Source: Nitrospirota bacterium (GTDB lineage Bacteria; Nitrospirota; Nitrospiria; 2-01-FULL-66-17). From it: 64,000 nucleotides of DNA. The stretch covers positions 1-64,000 of the forward strand of contig JBMOMC010000039.1 of assembly GCA_049325335.1 (NCBI GenBank). Reading direction: 5' to 3'. Shown here piece after piece: positions 1 to 7,962 of the stretch; within the stretch, counting starts at the first letter, position 1; every line of letters starts with the position of its first letter. Both the position numbers and the translations under genes were made by a program. Below the pieces are notes generated by a model. The model worked only from the letters and a program-made list of their open reading frames with translations, made no database searches and was not told the origin of the DNA.

Positions 1-208
1 AGGGAGGCGCACGCGCCGGCCCGGACGGAGCGCCGCGACGGCGAGGCCCTTGCGGGGTGGGGCTCCCCCTCGCGCCGGCCTCTATATGGCCTGGGCCGTT
101 GGGGTCGGAGGAGGCGCGTCTTCGACATGATCTTGGCGGAGCGGAGGACGGAGCGGGTGTGTCGCGGAGGCCGAGCAGAGCCGAGATGGTGTCGGCGGTG
201 GGGAGCCC
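1..208. repeat. Dispersed GC-rich structured repeat, copy A (truncated by window start)
   Basis: 1-208 is nearly identical (about 4 substitutions) to 63740-63947 in the same orientation, then diverges. Confidence 0.92.
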
Positions 209-518
209 CCCTCTGGGGGCGGATGGGCACACGCTGTCCGGGCGGACAGGGTGCTGGGGGGCGGGGGAAGAGCGGCCGCTCTGGCCGTCGTCCGTCTCGT
301 CGGGGCCGAATCGCTGAACGGCGTCGGCGGGAGAACTGCGGCCTGGTGTTCCCCACAGATCGTGTGGATGGCGTGGGGACAACCCTGTGGAGTGGTTGCG
401 TCTCGGTGCGTCAAGCGCACGAGCGAGCACACTGCCTCTCCGATGGTCACCGTTTCCGGCGTAAGAACAAACGGATCGGCAGGGAGGCCCGGCCGCCGGA
501 CCGCCTGGCTGGACGCAC

Positions 519-703
519 TAGCTGGCCAGTCAGCTACCGGAAGGGTGTCCGCGGTCGCGAGCGGGCCCCGCCCCCACCCGTTGCCGCCCGCGCGAGTTCT
601 GAAGAGGTTTGCGAGAGTTCGGGGACGGAGGCGCCGCGGGACGAGGAACTGCCGCCCCCGGCCTGGTGGCGAAAGAGATCACGGCTAGCTGACTGGCCAG
701 CTA
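519..703. promoter_or_regulatory. Pair of 18-bp inverted, pseudo-palindromic boxes (operator or recombination-site candidates)
   Basis: TAGCTGGCCAGTCAGCTA at 519-536 and its exact reverse complement TAGCTGACTGGCCAGCTA at 686-703. Confidence 0.6.
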
Positions 704-733
704 CCCAACCGGGCAAAAGGCGCCGAATCGGTA

Positions 734-762
734 TTGCCTCCCCGGGATGTTTCATGTAAAAT
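734..762 (+). promoter_or_regulatory. Sigma70-like promoter
   Basis: TTGCCT-17 nt-TAAAAT ending 8 nt before ATG 771. Confidence 0.55.
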
Positions 763-770
763 ACTCCGCG

Positions 771-1235
771 ATGAACTTCGAGGAAATCTGGTACCGCGGC
801 GGGTCCGCTCTTCGGCTGGGCGCGAAAGCCTCTCGGGATCAGTGGGGCGTGTGGCTTGAGCTCGCCGGCGCCCTCCCGGGACACGAGCACGCGATTCCCG
901 CCGCGGGGGGCCAGAAATACGACTGGGCGCACAAGCTCGCCTTTCGATTGTCGCGCCTTGATCTCGGGAAGCTGGGGTGGGCGCTGCAACGAGCGGAGGC
1001 CGGCGAACTGGTCACGCTGGTCCACCGCTATCAGGGTCGGTCAAAACGTTTGCAACTGGTCCGGGCAGCGAACGGTGTCGTGTTTGTCAATGGCGAGGGG
1101 TCCGGGACCGCCCCACGGATCGCCGTGCCGCTCGATGGAGAAGGCGCGTGGCGGTTTGGGGAATGTCTGCGCGTGGCCTACCACGCGGCGCTGCAGCGCA
1201 CGGCCTTTGTTCCTGACGACGGAGGCGAAGGATGA
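771..1235 (+). CDS. Whirly-like putative ssDNA-binding protein
   Basis: Motifs WYRGGSAL, VWLELA, PAAGGQKYDWAHKLAFRLSRLDLG, LVH, KRLQL, VFVN, IAVPL are collinear with plant Whirly motifs as I recall them (YKGKAAL, LQFA, PAAGVRQYDWSRKQVFSLSVTEIG, FFH, KVLKV, FFN, IYIPV). Confidence 0.65.
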   Translation: MNFEEIWYRGGSALRLGAKASRDQWGVWLELAGALPGHEHAIPAAGGQKYDWAHKLAFRLSRLDLGKLGWALQRAEAGELVTLVHRYQGRSKRLQLVRAANGVVFVNGEGSGTAPRIAVPLDGEGAWRFGECLRVAYHAALQRTAFVPDDGGEG

Positions 1236-1585
1236 GAACACGGATTCGACGCACCATGGAGATGCCGCACGTGTCCCTCGTGGCCGAGCGGCCGTCGGGC
1301 GGCCGCTACGTGCCGCTCCGGACGATCCTTGCGGCGTGCCCGGCGGCCAAGACGAACCGAACCCGCTACAAGAACCTGATCCACTGGCTCGTCGAACGCG
1401 GGGTGCTGCGCGTGGTCGCCCGCCCGGGCCACGAGCGCGCGCGGCGGTTCTACGATCGCGACGAGATCCCGTTCGTCCGCGCCGTGCTCCAGATGCACGC
1501 CAACGGCCTGACGCTGAGCAAAGCGATCGAGCTGGCCCGCCAACGTCACCGCCATGCGGACGACCCGCAAGCGCGGCTCTTTTGA
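1232..1585 (+). CDS. MerR-type HTH DNA-binding protein (regulator or excisionase-like)
   Basis: LIHWLVERGVL...RRFYDRDEI...GLTLSKAIEL MerR wing pattern; ATGA overlap with upstream gene. Confidence 0.7.
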   Translation: MRTRIRRTMEMPHVSLVAERPSGGRYVPLRTILAACPAAKTNRTRYKNLIHWLVERGVLRVVARPGHERARRFYDRDEIPFVRAVLQMHANGLTLSKAIELARQRHRHADDPQARLF

Positions 1586-1791
1586 AACGGCGACTCGCCA
1601 CGCCGCGCTACACCCGCCGTGATCAGAGTCGGTATATTCGTTTGCAGATCTTGGTCAGTCGGGAGGATTACGAGGGATTGACCTGGTGGCGGGGCCGGAC
1701 CGGGAATCCGCGCAGTGTCTTGATCCGCGAGGCCATCGCGCGTGCCCTCGTCAGGGAGCGGCGCCGGCTGGGGCCTCGGCCGCGGCGGTAG
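1582..1791 (+). CDS. Ribbon-helix-helix (CopG-like) protein
   Basis: TTG start overlapping the upstream stop (TTGA); RLQILVSREDYEGL...RSVLIREAIARAL pattern. Confidence 0.6.
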   Translation: MKRRLATPRYTRRDQSRYIRLQILVSREDYEGLTWWRGRTGNPRSVLIREAIARALVRERRRLGPRPRR

Positions 1792-2133
1792 ATCGGCTGG
1801 TTGGGACAGCTGTGCTCGATCCGATCAACGTGTGTCTGCCGGTTATCGGAACCTGATGTGCGTTTGCTAGCGACGCGGGTCTCGCCGCCCGGCGATGGCG
1901 GCTTCGGGCGGAAGACGATACGTTGCCTCACCTGAGGCGGGATCGGTGCGCCGTTCGAGTTTGGCTACAATTTTTGGGGTGAACCCCCCTCCGATCCTCC
2001 CCTATACGCCAGAAACCGCCCACGGGAGTAGTGTTTGGCCCCGTCCGCGCATAGCGATAGTGCCCATTTCCAATTGACCGCACAGTCAAATCGGCTAGCA
2101 TATGTTGGACAGCTGGGCAATAGAGGTGACCTG

Positions 2134-2841
2134 TTGATAAATCTTCGGCAGATTCTTCAGCGTCGCTCAGACCTCAGCACTTTCCTAGTTCACCTTACGA
2201 GGTCGTCGAACGGAGAGACTGCTCGCGCGCGCCTTGAGAGCATCCTGACCAGCGGTTACATTCAGGCGCGTTCGATGATGGGGCAGGCAGTCAAACGCCT
2301 TGAGCAGAAGAACGCCACCTCAAATACTCAACGCTGCGTGTCGTTCAGCGAAACACCCCTTGAGTTTGTTCACCTTCTCGTCGGGGCAATCGAGGGCCGC
2401 AGATGTGCCTTCGAGCCCTATGGGATCGCGATCCCTAAGCGGTTAGGCAGAGGCAAGGGAATCAACCCAGTATGGTACATCGACATTAGTCCTGGTCATG
2501 ACTGGCTGACTGTACCTTTCAACACGCTTATAGACGCGGCGATCGATACGGGCCAGTTTGACGCTACCGATATCGGACGCCTCTCACCCTTCGTAGAGCA
2601 GATGGGCACCGGCAGTAGCTACGTTAAAGAGTTTTGGTGGGAGCGAGAGTGGCGCCATTGTGGAGACTTCGCTCTCCCCGACAGAGTCATCTGCCTATGC
2701 CCTGAAGCTGAAATTCCTGAGATCCAGACAGTGGTACAGGCTGCAGGGGACGATGCAGCTTTCCTTGATCCCTACTGGAGCCTTGAGGAAATTATCTCTC
2801 ATCTTGCAGGCTTCGCCGAAAACGATGTCAGGGTCGTATAG
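2134..2841 (+). CDS. AbiGi/DUF2971-like ADP-ribosyltransferase-fold putative defence protein
   Basis: LVHLT...CVSFSETP...YGIAI...NPVWY...EREWR motifs; GAGGTG RBS before TTG 2134; lower GC than backbone. Confidence 0.7.
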   Translation: MINLRQILQRRSDLSTFLVHLTRSSNGETARARLESILTSGYIQARSMMGQAVKRLEQKNATSNTQRCVSFSETPLEFVHLLVGAIEGRRCAFEPYGIAIPKRLGRGKGINPVWYIDISPGHDWLTVPFNTLIDAAIDTGQFDATDIGRLSPFVEQMGTGSSYVKEFWWEREWRHCGDFALPDRVICLCPEAEIPEIQTVVQAAGDDAAFLDPYWSLEEIISHLAGFAENDVRVV

Positions 2842-2912
2842 CTGCCGGTATCTCGGCACGCCGCTGAACACGGACGTACGACGAATAGTCGCGCCAGCAC
2901 AGCGCTACCACC

Positions 2913-4862
2913 TCATTGCTGCAGCCAGTCTCCTGGGACAAGCTTGGCTCCGCCGCGCCAGCGTTCGATGACGCAGTCCTGGAACCACTGCTCAGCTATA
3001 TCCGCATGATCTGTCATGATGACCTGGAACTCGCCGCCTAGTGCGTCGACCACATCCTTGGAAGTGCGGTACATCTGTGCAACAGCTTGCCGATCATCCT
3101 CCGCCGATTCGCCCATGCCCGAATCGACGTCGGGGTCCTGCGGAAAGTAGACCTGCGACGGCTGATCGATGAACAGAAAACGTGGAACCGGTCGATGCTT
3201 CATGACGAACCATTTGTGTAAGGCTAGGTGCGCAATCAGGTGGTATCCCACCCAGTTCGCGCCGCTGCCCATGCGTTCCATCGGGACTGGCCCGTTGTCG
3301 GTGTCCGCGACGACGGTCAGTCGCTTAACATCCAGTCGCAGCGGAAACTCGGAAAACTCCAAGGTGAGTTGCTGTGACCACGACGACATGTCTCGACTCA
3401 TTAACCCGACAAACGACTGCATCCGCTCTTCGATGGCCTCATCACTCAGGTCTGCAGCCAAGCTATCGATCTCTCGTGTGAGCCGCTCGACGTCCTGCCG
3501 CAGTTGGCTCCCGTCGGCGACCGCAGGGAGGCTCTCCAAATAGAGCGCCACTCGCCCAAGGATGTAGGAACGACGCGCAAAGGTGTCTCGTATGCGCTCG
3601 ATCTCACTATTGGTCCTCTGAAGTGCTTCAAGTGCTTCTCGATTCCCACGCAAGCGAGTCTTCACGTCGTCAAGCCGATCCCGAAGTGTTCGCAAGACTT
3701 CATCCATCTGGGGTGAGCGCTCCTGCACAGAGCGCACCTCCTGCGAAAGCCGGTCAACCGCTGCGGCGTACTGCGTAGTTGCTGGAAGAGCATTGTCCGC
3801 CAGCGTGGACTGACAGAGCGGACATACGTGCGGTGCGTTGGCATCGCCGTCACCATTGAACAGATCGATGCTCCGCAGCCTCGCGACCTGAGCAGAGCCC
3901 TCACTGGTGAACCCATCCCGGTCAGCCGAGAGCGCCTCGGCCGCGTCGAGCTGCATCTTCACCGCACGCAGCTCCTCGGTCAAGCGGGAACGCTCGTCCT
4001 GCATCTGCCGGAACTGATCGCCAGCGGCAGCCAGTGCCTGTTCCTGTTCGACGGGCTGGCGTTGGACCTCCCGAAGGAGTGCAACACATGCCTCCCACGC
4101 TTCCGGGAGTTGCCCTGTCCGATGCAGTCCAAGGTCGCGTGCCTCAGCCAACAGCGAATGTGCTCGTGTTACACCATTACCACGGATCGCCTCAAGTTCT
4201 GAAAGCGACTTCTCGACTGCCTTAAGGTCACGCCGCAGGTGGCGAAGCTTCTGCATCTTTGCAACGTGCTCATCAGTCACCGCTCCAAGAAAGTAAGGGA
4301 GCACGTCTTTGATTGCCTGCGGGACAAATGGCTCGCTTTGCTTGTGGAAAAGATGTCTCTGGCTGATTACCTCGCTCTGCTGCTGGAAACAGAAGAAGAG
4401 TGCGTGACGGACATTTGCCGACAGGGCAGCCCTGGTCTGGCCCGCCGATGGCTCATGCACGTTCGACCGAATACCGGCGTGCGCTGTGAGAAGGCCCTCC
4501 AGCGCGCTGGGGTTCGTCGTCTGTCGAAGTTCGCTAAATTCCGGAACGACCAGTTCAGCCCCGACGGCGTAGTACACGTCAGAAGACGCCTGCGCACCAT
4601 TCTCCGGCAGCCTGCGAGCAATAAAGACCTGGCCTTCGGTAACACGTAGGCGAACTCCCACCCATTCGACGGCGCGACGTATGACGCCCTCGGGGATTCG
4701 GCACTCGCCGCTTCCCATGCAGTAATCAACGATCTCGATCAGGGCCGTCTTTCCGGTCATCGAGGCACCGGTGATGATGTTGAGTTGCCCTGGCCGAAGC
4801 GACAGCACGCGACGTTGTTGATTCAACCCGTAGAGAACGATGTCGAGTATCTGGAAGCTCAC
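2913..4862 (-). CDS. lmuB: Lamassu/ABC-three-component SMC-like ATPase (DUF3732)
   Basis: Walker A GASMTGKT, coiled coils with CPLC zinc hook, MGSGANW signature, FIDQPSQVYF Walker B; GTG start overlaps upstream stop. Confidence 0.85.
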   Translation of the reverse strand: MSFQILDIVLYGLNQQRRVLSLRPGQLNIITGASMTGKTALIEIVDYCMGSGECRIPEGVIRRAVEWVGVRLRVTEGQVFIARRLPENGAQASSDVYYAVGAELVVPEFSELRQTTNPSALEGLLTAHAGIRSNVHEPSAGQTRAALSANVRHALFFCFQQQSEVISQRHLFHKQSEPFVPQAIKDVLPYFLGAVTDEHVAKMQKLRHLRRDLKAVEKSLSELEAIRGNGVTRAHSLLAEARDLGLHRTGQLPEAWEACVALLREVQRQPVEQEQALAAAGDQFRQMQDERSRLTEELRAVKMQLDAAEALSADRDGFTSEGSAQVARLRSIDLFNGDGDANAPHVCPLCQSTLADNALPATTQYAAAVDRLSQEVRSVQERSPQMDEVLRTLRDRLDDVKTRLRGNREALEALQRTNSEIERIRDTFARRSYILGRVALYLESLPAVADGSQLRQDVERLTREIDSLAADLSDEAIEERMQSFVGLMSRDMSSWSQQLTLEFSEFPLRLDVKRLTVVADTDNGPVPMERMGSGANWVGYHLIAHLALHKWFVMKHRPVPRFLFIDQPSQVYFPQDPDVDSGMGESAEDDRQAVAQMYRTSKDVVDALGGEFQVIMTDHADIAEQWFQDCVIERWRGGAKLVPGDWLQQ

Positions 4863-5356
4863 GGTTGAATACCCCAGAGCGCCATCACTGTCGCAGGTGA
4901 ACCCGCTGAAGCCAGCCATTTCCCTATGAAGACAGCCTTGATTGCACAGTCCTTGGGCTCTTCCCCCAGTGCTTGATACGTTCTGCGAAGCGCTGGTTCC
5001 GTACGGTCAGTCACAAGCGAAGCGTCCTCCCTAAGCCCGAACCAGCCCTTCCTACAGCCGAAGATGATGGCTTCGTTCGTGAACATTTTCAGTGACAAAA
5101 GTCGCTCGTGGAATAACACGCGGACTGACGCATTGTCCTGAATCCACAGAGGAAGCGACGTCCGCCGGTCACGTGGCAGTAGATCCCGCGTCGGCTTGTG
5201 GAGCGATATCGGCAGGACCATGTGGGCGAGCGCCAGAGGTAACCCACGGGACGCCACGTCCTGGTAACCGACGACCGCAGCCGTGATCCCCAGGCAGCAG
5301 AAAGCCGGATTAAGGAGATGCGCCTCCTCGCGGGGTCGTTCGATCCACACCGTCAT
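4859..5356 (-). CDS. lmuC: ABC-three-component middle component
   Basis: 165 aa with LLNPAFC, LPISLH and MALWGIQP motifs; coupled between effector and ATPase. Confidence 0.8.
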   Translation of the reverse strand: MTVWIERPREEAHLLNPAFCCLGITAAVVGYQDVASRGLPLALAHMVLPISLHKPTRDLLPRDRRTSLPLWIQDNASVRVLFHERLLSLKMFTNEAIIFGCRKGWFGLREDASLVTDRTEPALRRTYQALGEEPKDCAIKAVFIGKWLASAGSPATVMALWGIQP

Positions 5357-6576
5357 TGCCGCGCCTCGTCGGACACGGGCTCCAGGAGTCGGAGGAGGCG
5401 TGCCTTAAACTCGGGGTGCCAACCGACCGTGAGGTGATCGGCGAGGATGTGAAAGGAACCACGCGCAACAAACCCATCTTGGCACTGTGAACGGATGCGG
5501 GGCAGCTCTTCGGTCTCGACCCACTTGTAGAGGTTACACGCCAATCGCCGCATCTCCTCTTCAGCGGCGGACTCTCCCAGTTCGTCTCGCATCACGAGGA
5601 AGCGGCTCTCCCATGTATCCTTGAGGCGACTCTCGTATCGATCCAGATCACCAACACCGACCAGCTCCTCCCGCACCCATCGAGATCGTTGCACGAATGC
5701 CCTGTAGTAGTCACGGATTGCCCGCACTACCCGCGCGTTACTGATCTGGATCAGACGAAGCTGATGGACAAAGACTCTCTCTCGATACCCAGTCGCATCG
5801 ACTTCCATCTGCTCGATGTCGTCATCAATCGGGAGGTTGTCTTCCCGCAGGGAGTCCCGCAGGTTGTTAATCTCGTCCAGCAACTCTGCGCTGAGGATCG
5901 GCACGCCACGATCGTCAGCCAGGTGTCGGATGACGCGTCGGAACCACCAACCTTCCAGCCGACTCAAGAACGCATCCAGGAAGTGCCGTTCAACGGCGTA
6001 AAAGACCTCCTGTCGGAGGTCCGTGTCCAAGGAAGTGATCGTCGAAGCTGCATCGACTACACACACACCGTCGAAGAGCAGTTCCTGCTTCGCCGCATCG
6101 AGTTCGCGGAACGCAGTGTAAGCAGGGCCGTTGGTCTGGTTGGTTGAGGTGGCGACGGTTGACCGGAGACGGTCCAAAGCGCCGGAGACATTTCGGCCCA
6201 GACCAGGTCGCAGCATCTCTGCCGCGGAGCCGGTCCCTGCTGAGGCGGTGGTAACGAGAACAAATCGTGACCCGATTCGCAATGAACCATTGGCAACGCC
6301 CTCGCACCAGATGCGAAGGCTCTTCCAAAGATCAACCGATGCGTCGGTTAGGTCGGCTGCCCGATTGACGTGATGCTTGGTTTGAAGAAGCTCCGGGGCC
6401 GCGCCCTGCTGCTCGAATACCACATCGTCGAGCGTTTCGATGCAGACCTGGAAGTCCATCTCCTGCCGCATTCGTCGCAGCGCTTCCAGGAGGGCATATC
6501 GGCACTGGTACAGATAACCCGTGGCCGATGCGGCCGCAGAAAATGTGTGACCGTTGGCCGGAGCATTGTTGGTCAT
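5353..6576 (-). CDS. lmuA: Lamassu effector: Cap4-like PD-(D/E)xK nuclease plus ABC-3C C-terminal domain
   Basis: GYLYQ...ETLDDV...LLQTKHH nuclease motif; C-terminal RGSFHILAD..VGWHP. Confidence 0.8.
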   Translation of the reverse strand: MTNNAPANGHTFSAAASATGYLYQCRYALLEALRRMRQEMDFQVCIETLDDVVFEQQGAAPELLQTKHHVNRAADLTDASVDLWKSLRIWCEGVANGSLRIGSRFVLVTTASAGTGSAAEMLRPGLGRNVSGALDRLRSTVATSTNQTNGPAYTAFRELDAAKQELLFDGVCVVDAASTITSLDTDLRQEVFYAVERHFLDAFLSRLEGWWFRRVIRHLADDRGVPILSAELLDEINNLRDSLREDNLPIDDDIEQMEVDATGYRERVFVHQLRLIQISNARVVRAIRDYYRAFVQRSRWVREELVGVGDLDRYESRLKDTWESRFLVMRDELGESAAEEEMRRLACNLYKWVETEELPRIRSQCQDGFVARGSFHILADHLTVGWHPEFKARLLRLLEPVSDEARQ

Positions 6577-6823
6577 GCTTTCTCCCTATCCAACGCATTG
6601 ACGCGCAGCCCTGTCAACTCTTCGGTCACTTCGTGGGCCATGATCGCCGTGATATCCGTGGATTCTCGCGCCGTCCGCCAGTATCCAGGCTTAGCTCGAT
6701 AACTACAATTCGACGTCCCAATCATTATCTTTGGCCCCGGGGCAGCACGGTCCGAGTCCTTGAGATTTCGGCGGAGCGGCCAGCTGAGTCACGGAGGGGT
6801 TTTTTGACCGGAGCCCCAGCTGC

Positions 6824-7000
6824 TCACACGCTCCCCGGTCTCCCCTCCTGGAGCCTGCGCTCTTTCATGGCCCGGATCTCGGCGAGCAACTCGGCTTTCG
6901 TGATGACGCCCTTGCGCGCCAACAGCTCCACCAGCGCGTCCAGCTCCGCTGTGTTGGCCAAGAGGAGTTCGTGGGCCGAAACCGCTTCATCGTTTGTCAT
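6824..7000 (-). CDS. Small helical hypothetical protein
   Basis: ATG overlaps upstream stop; ALVELLARKGVITKAELLAEI. Confidence 0.6.
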   Translation of the reverse strand: MTNDEAVSAHELLLANTAELDALVELLARKGVITKAELLAEIRAMKERRLQEGRPGSV

Positions 7001-7272
7001 GCGTCCACGGGAGGCAGCAAGCCCAGTTGACCCTTCCTCGCCATCGGGTCCGTGATCTCTGAGGCGTACTGTCGCGCGCGTGTCAGATCGCCGCGGTCCG
7101 CTAGCAACCGAACGATGTGGACCAAGGCGCTGTCCTGGGCCGAGAGGCCGTCGACGCACACGTACGTCTCCGGCGTCCGGCCGAGCCCGCCCCACACCTG
7201 CGCCTCGTCCGCCGTGAGCCCGAAGTCGTGCACGGTGAGCAACGCGTTCTTCGCCTCCGCCGCCTGTTTCAT
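6997..7272 (-). CDS. Hypothetical protein
   Basis: 91-aa ORF coupled between nuclease and small ORF. Confidence 0.55.
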   Translation of the reverse strand: MKQAAEAKNALLTVHDFGLTADEAQVWGGLGRTPETYVCVDGLSAQDSALVHIVRLLADRGDLTRARQYASEITDPMARKGQLGLLPPVDA

Positions 7273-7276
7273 GAAC

Positions 7277-7792
7277 TCACCGCCCCTGCCTGACCAGCCG
7301 ACGAAATTCCCACGGGGGAATTGGATCGGCGTCGGCCCAGAGCCCCCGTTCAGCCTGCCGGGCCTCTTCCTCCAACTGCTCCAGGTCCTCGTCGTCCGAA
7401 TACTTGCGATACCACCACGCCAAGCCTGCGGCTACCAGCGCCCGGTTGAGCGACTCGCCGTTCGGCAGGATCACCTCGCCGACGAGGCGGCCGTACCGGT
7501 CCACATCGACCGGAATAATGGTCACGGTCTGATCGAACGCCCGTTGACTGGTGAACTGTTTGGCTCGGGCGCCGAAGGCCTGTCGCTTCTCCGGGCAGTC
7601 GATTCCCGCCAAGCGCACTTTGACCGTCTGTCGGCCGGATCGCACCGTGATCGTATCGCCATCCGAAACACCGACCACTTGACCCGTAAGTTCACGACCC
7701 TGCGCCCCAAGGGATGGGGACACGAGTACGGCGAGGATGACGGCAACGAGTACCGCCCGAACCGGATGCCGCTGTGAGATCGCGCGCGCCAT
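7277..7792 (-). CDS. Secreted thermonuclease (SNase family)
   Basis: Signal peptide; DGDT, VRLAGIDCPE, DRYGRLVG, AGLAW, RGLWAD..PIPPWEFR motifs; start approximate. Confidence 0.9.
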   Translation of the reverse strand: MARAISQRHPVRAVLVAVILAVLVSPSLGAQGRELTGQVVGVSDGDTITVRSGRQTVKVRLAGIDCPEKRQAFGARAKQFTSQRAFDQTVTIIPVDVDRYGRLVGEVILPNGESLNRALVAAGLAWWYRKYSDDEDLEQLEEEARQAERGLWADADPIPPWEFRRLVRQGR

Positions 7793-7962
7793 GCCATAGC
7801 CCACAGAAAGTGCGCCCCATTGACACCGGGGCGCCAACGCGTGGGTAGCATCATACGCCAGAGCAGGGAGTCTGACAACGGTGCGGGAAAATACTCCCCG
7901 GCTGTGGCTATTGCTGTGGGGGAGCCCGCAGTGGGCACGAGCCTTATCGCCTCGGCTCCCCG

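Noticed and set aside
748..763. Chromosomal-type parS (TGTTTCATGTAAAATA)
   Set aside because: Three mismatches to consensus, single copy, and it overlaps a plausible -10 element
2913..6576. Wadjet (JetABCD) or SbcCD
   Set aside because: Three genes, a short zinc-hook ATPase and a Cap4-like effector; no Toprim JetD and no phosphoesterase
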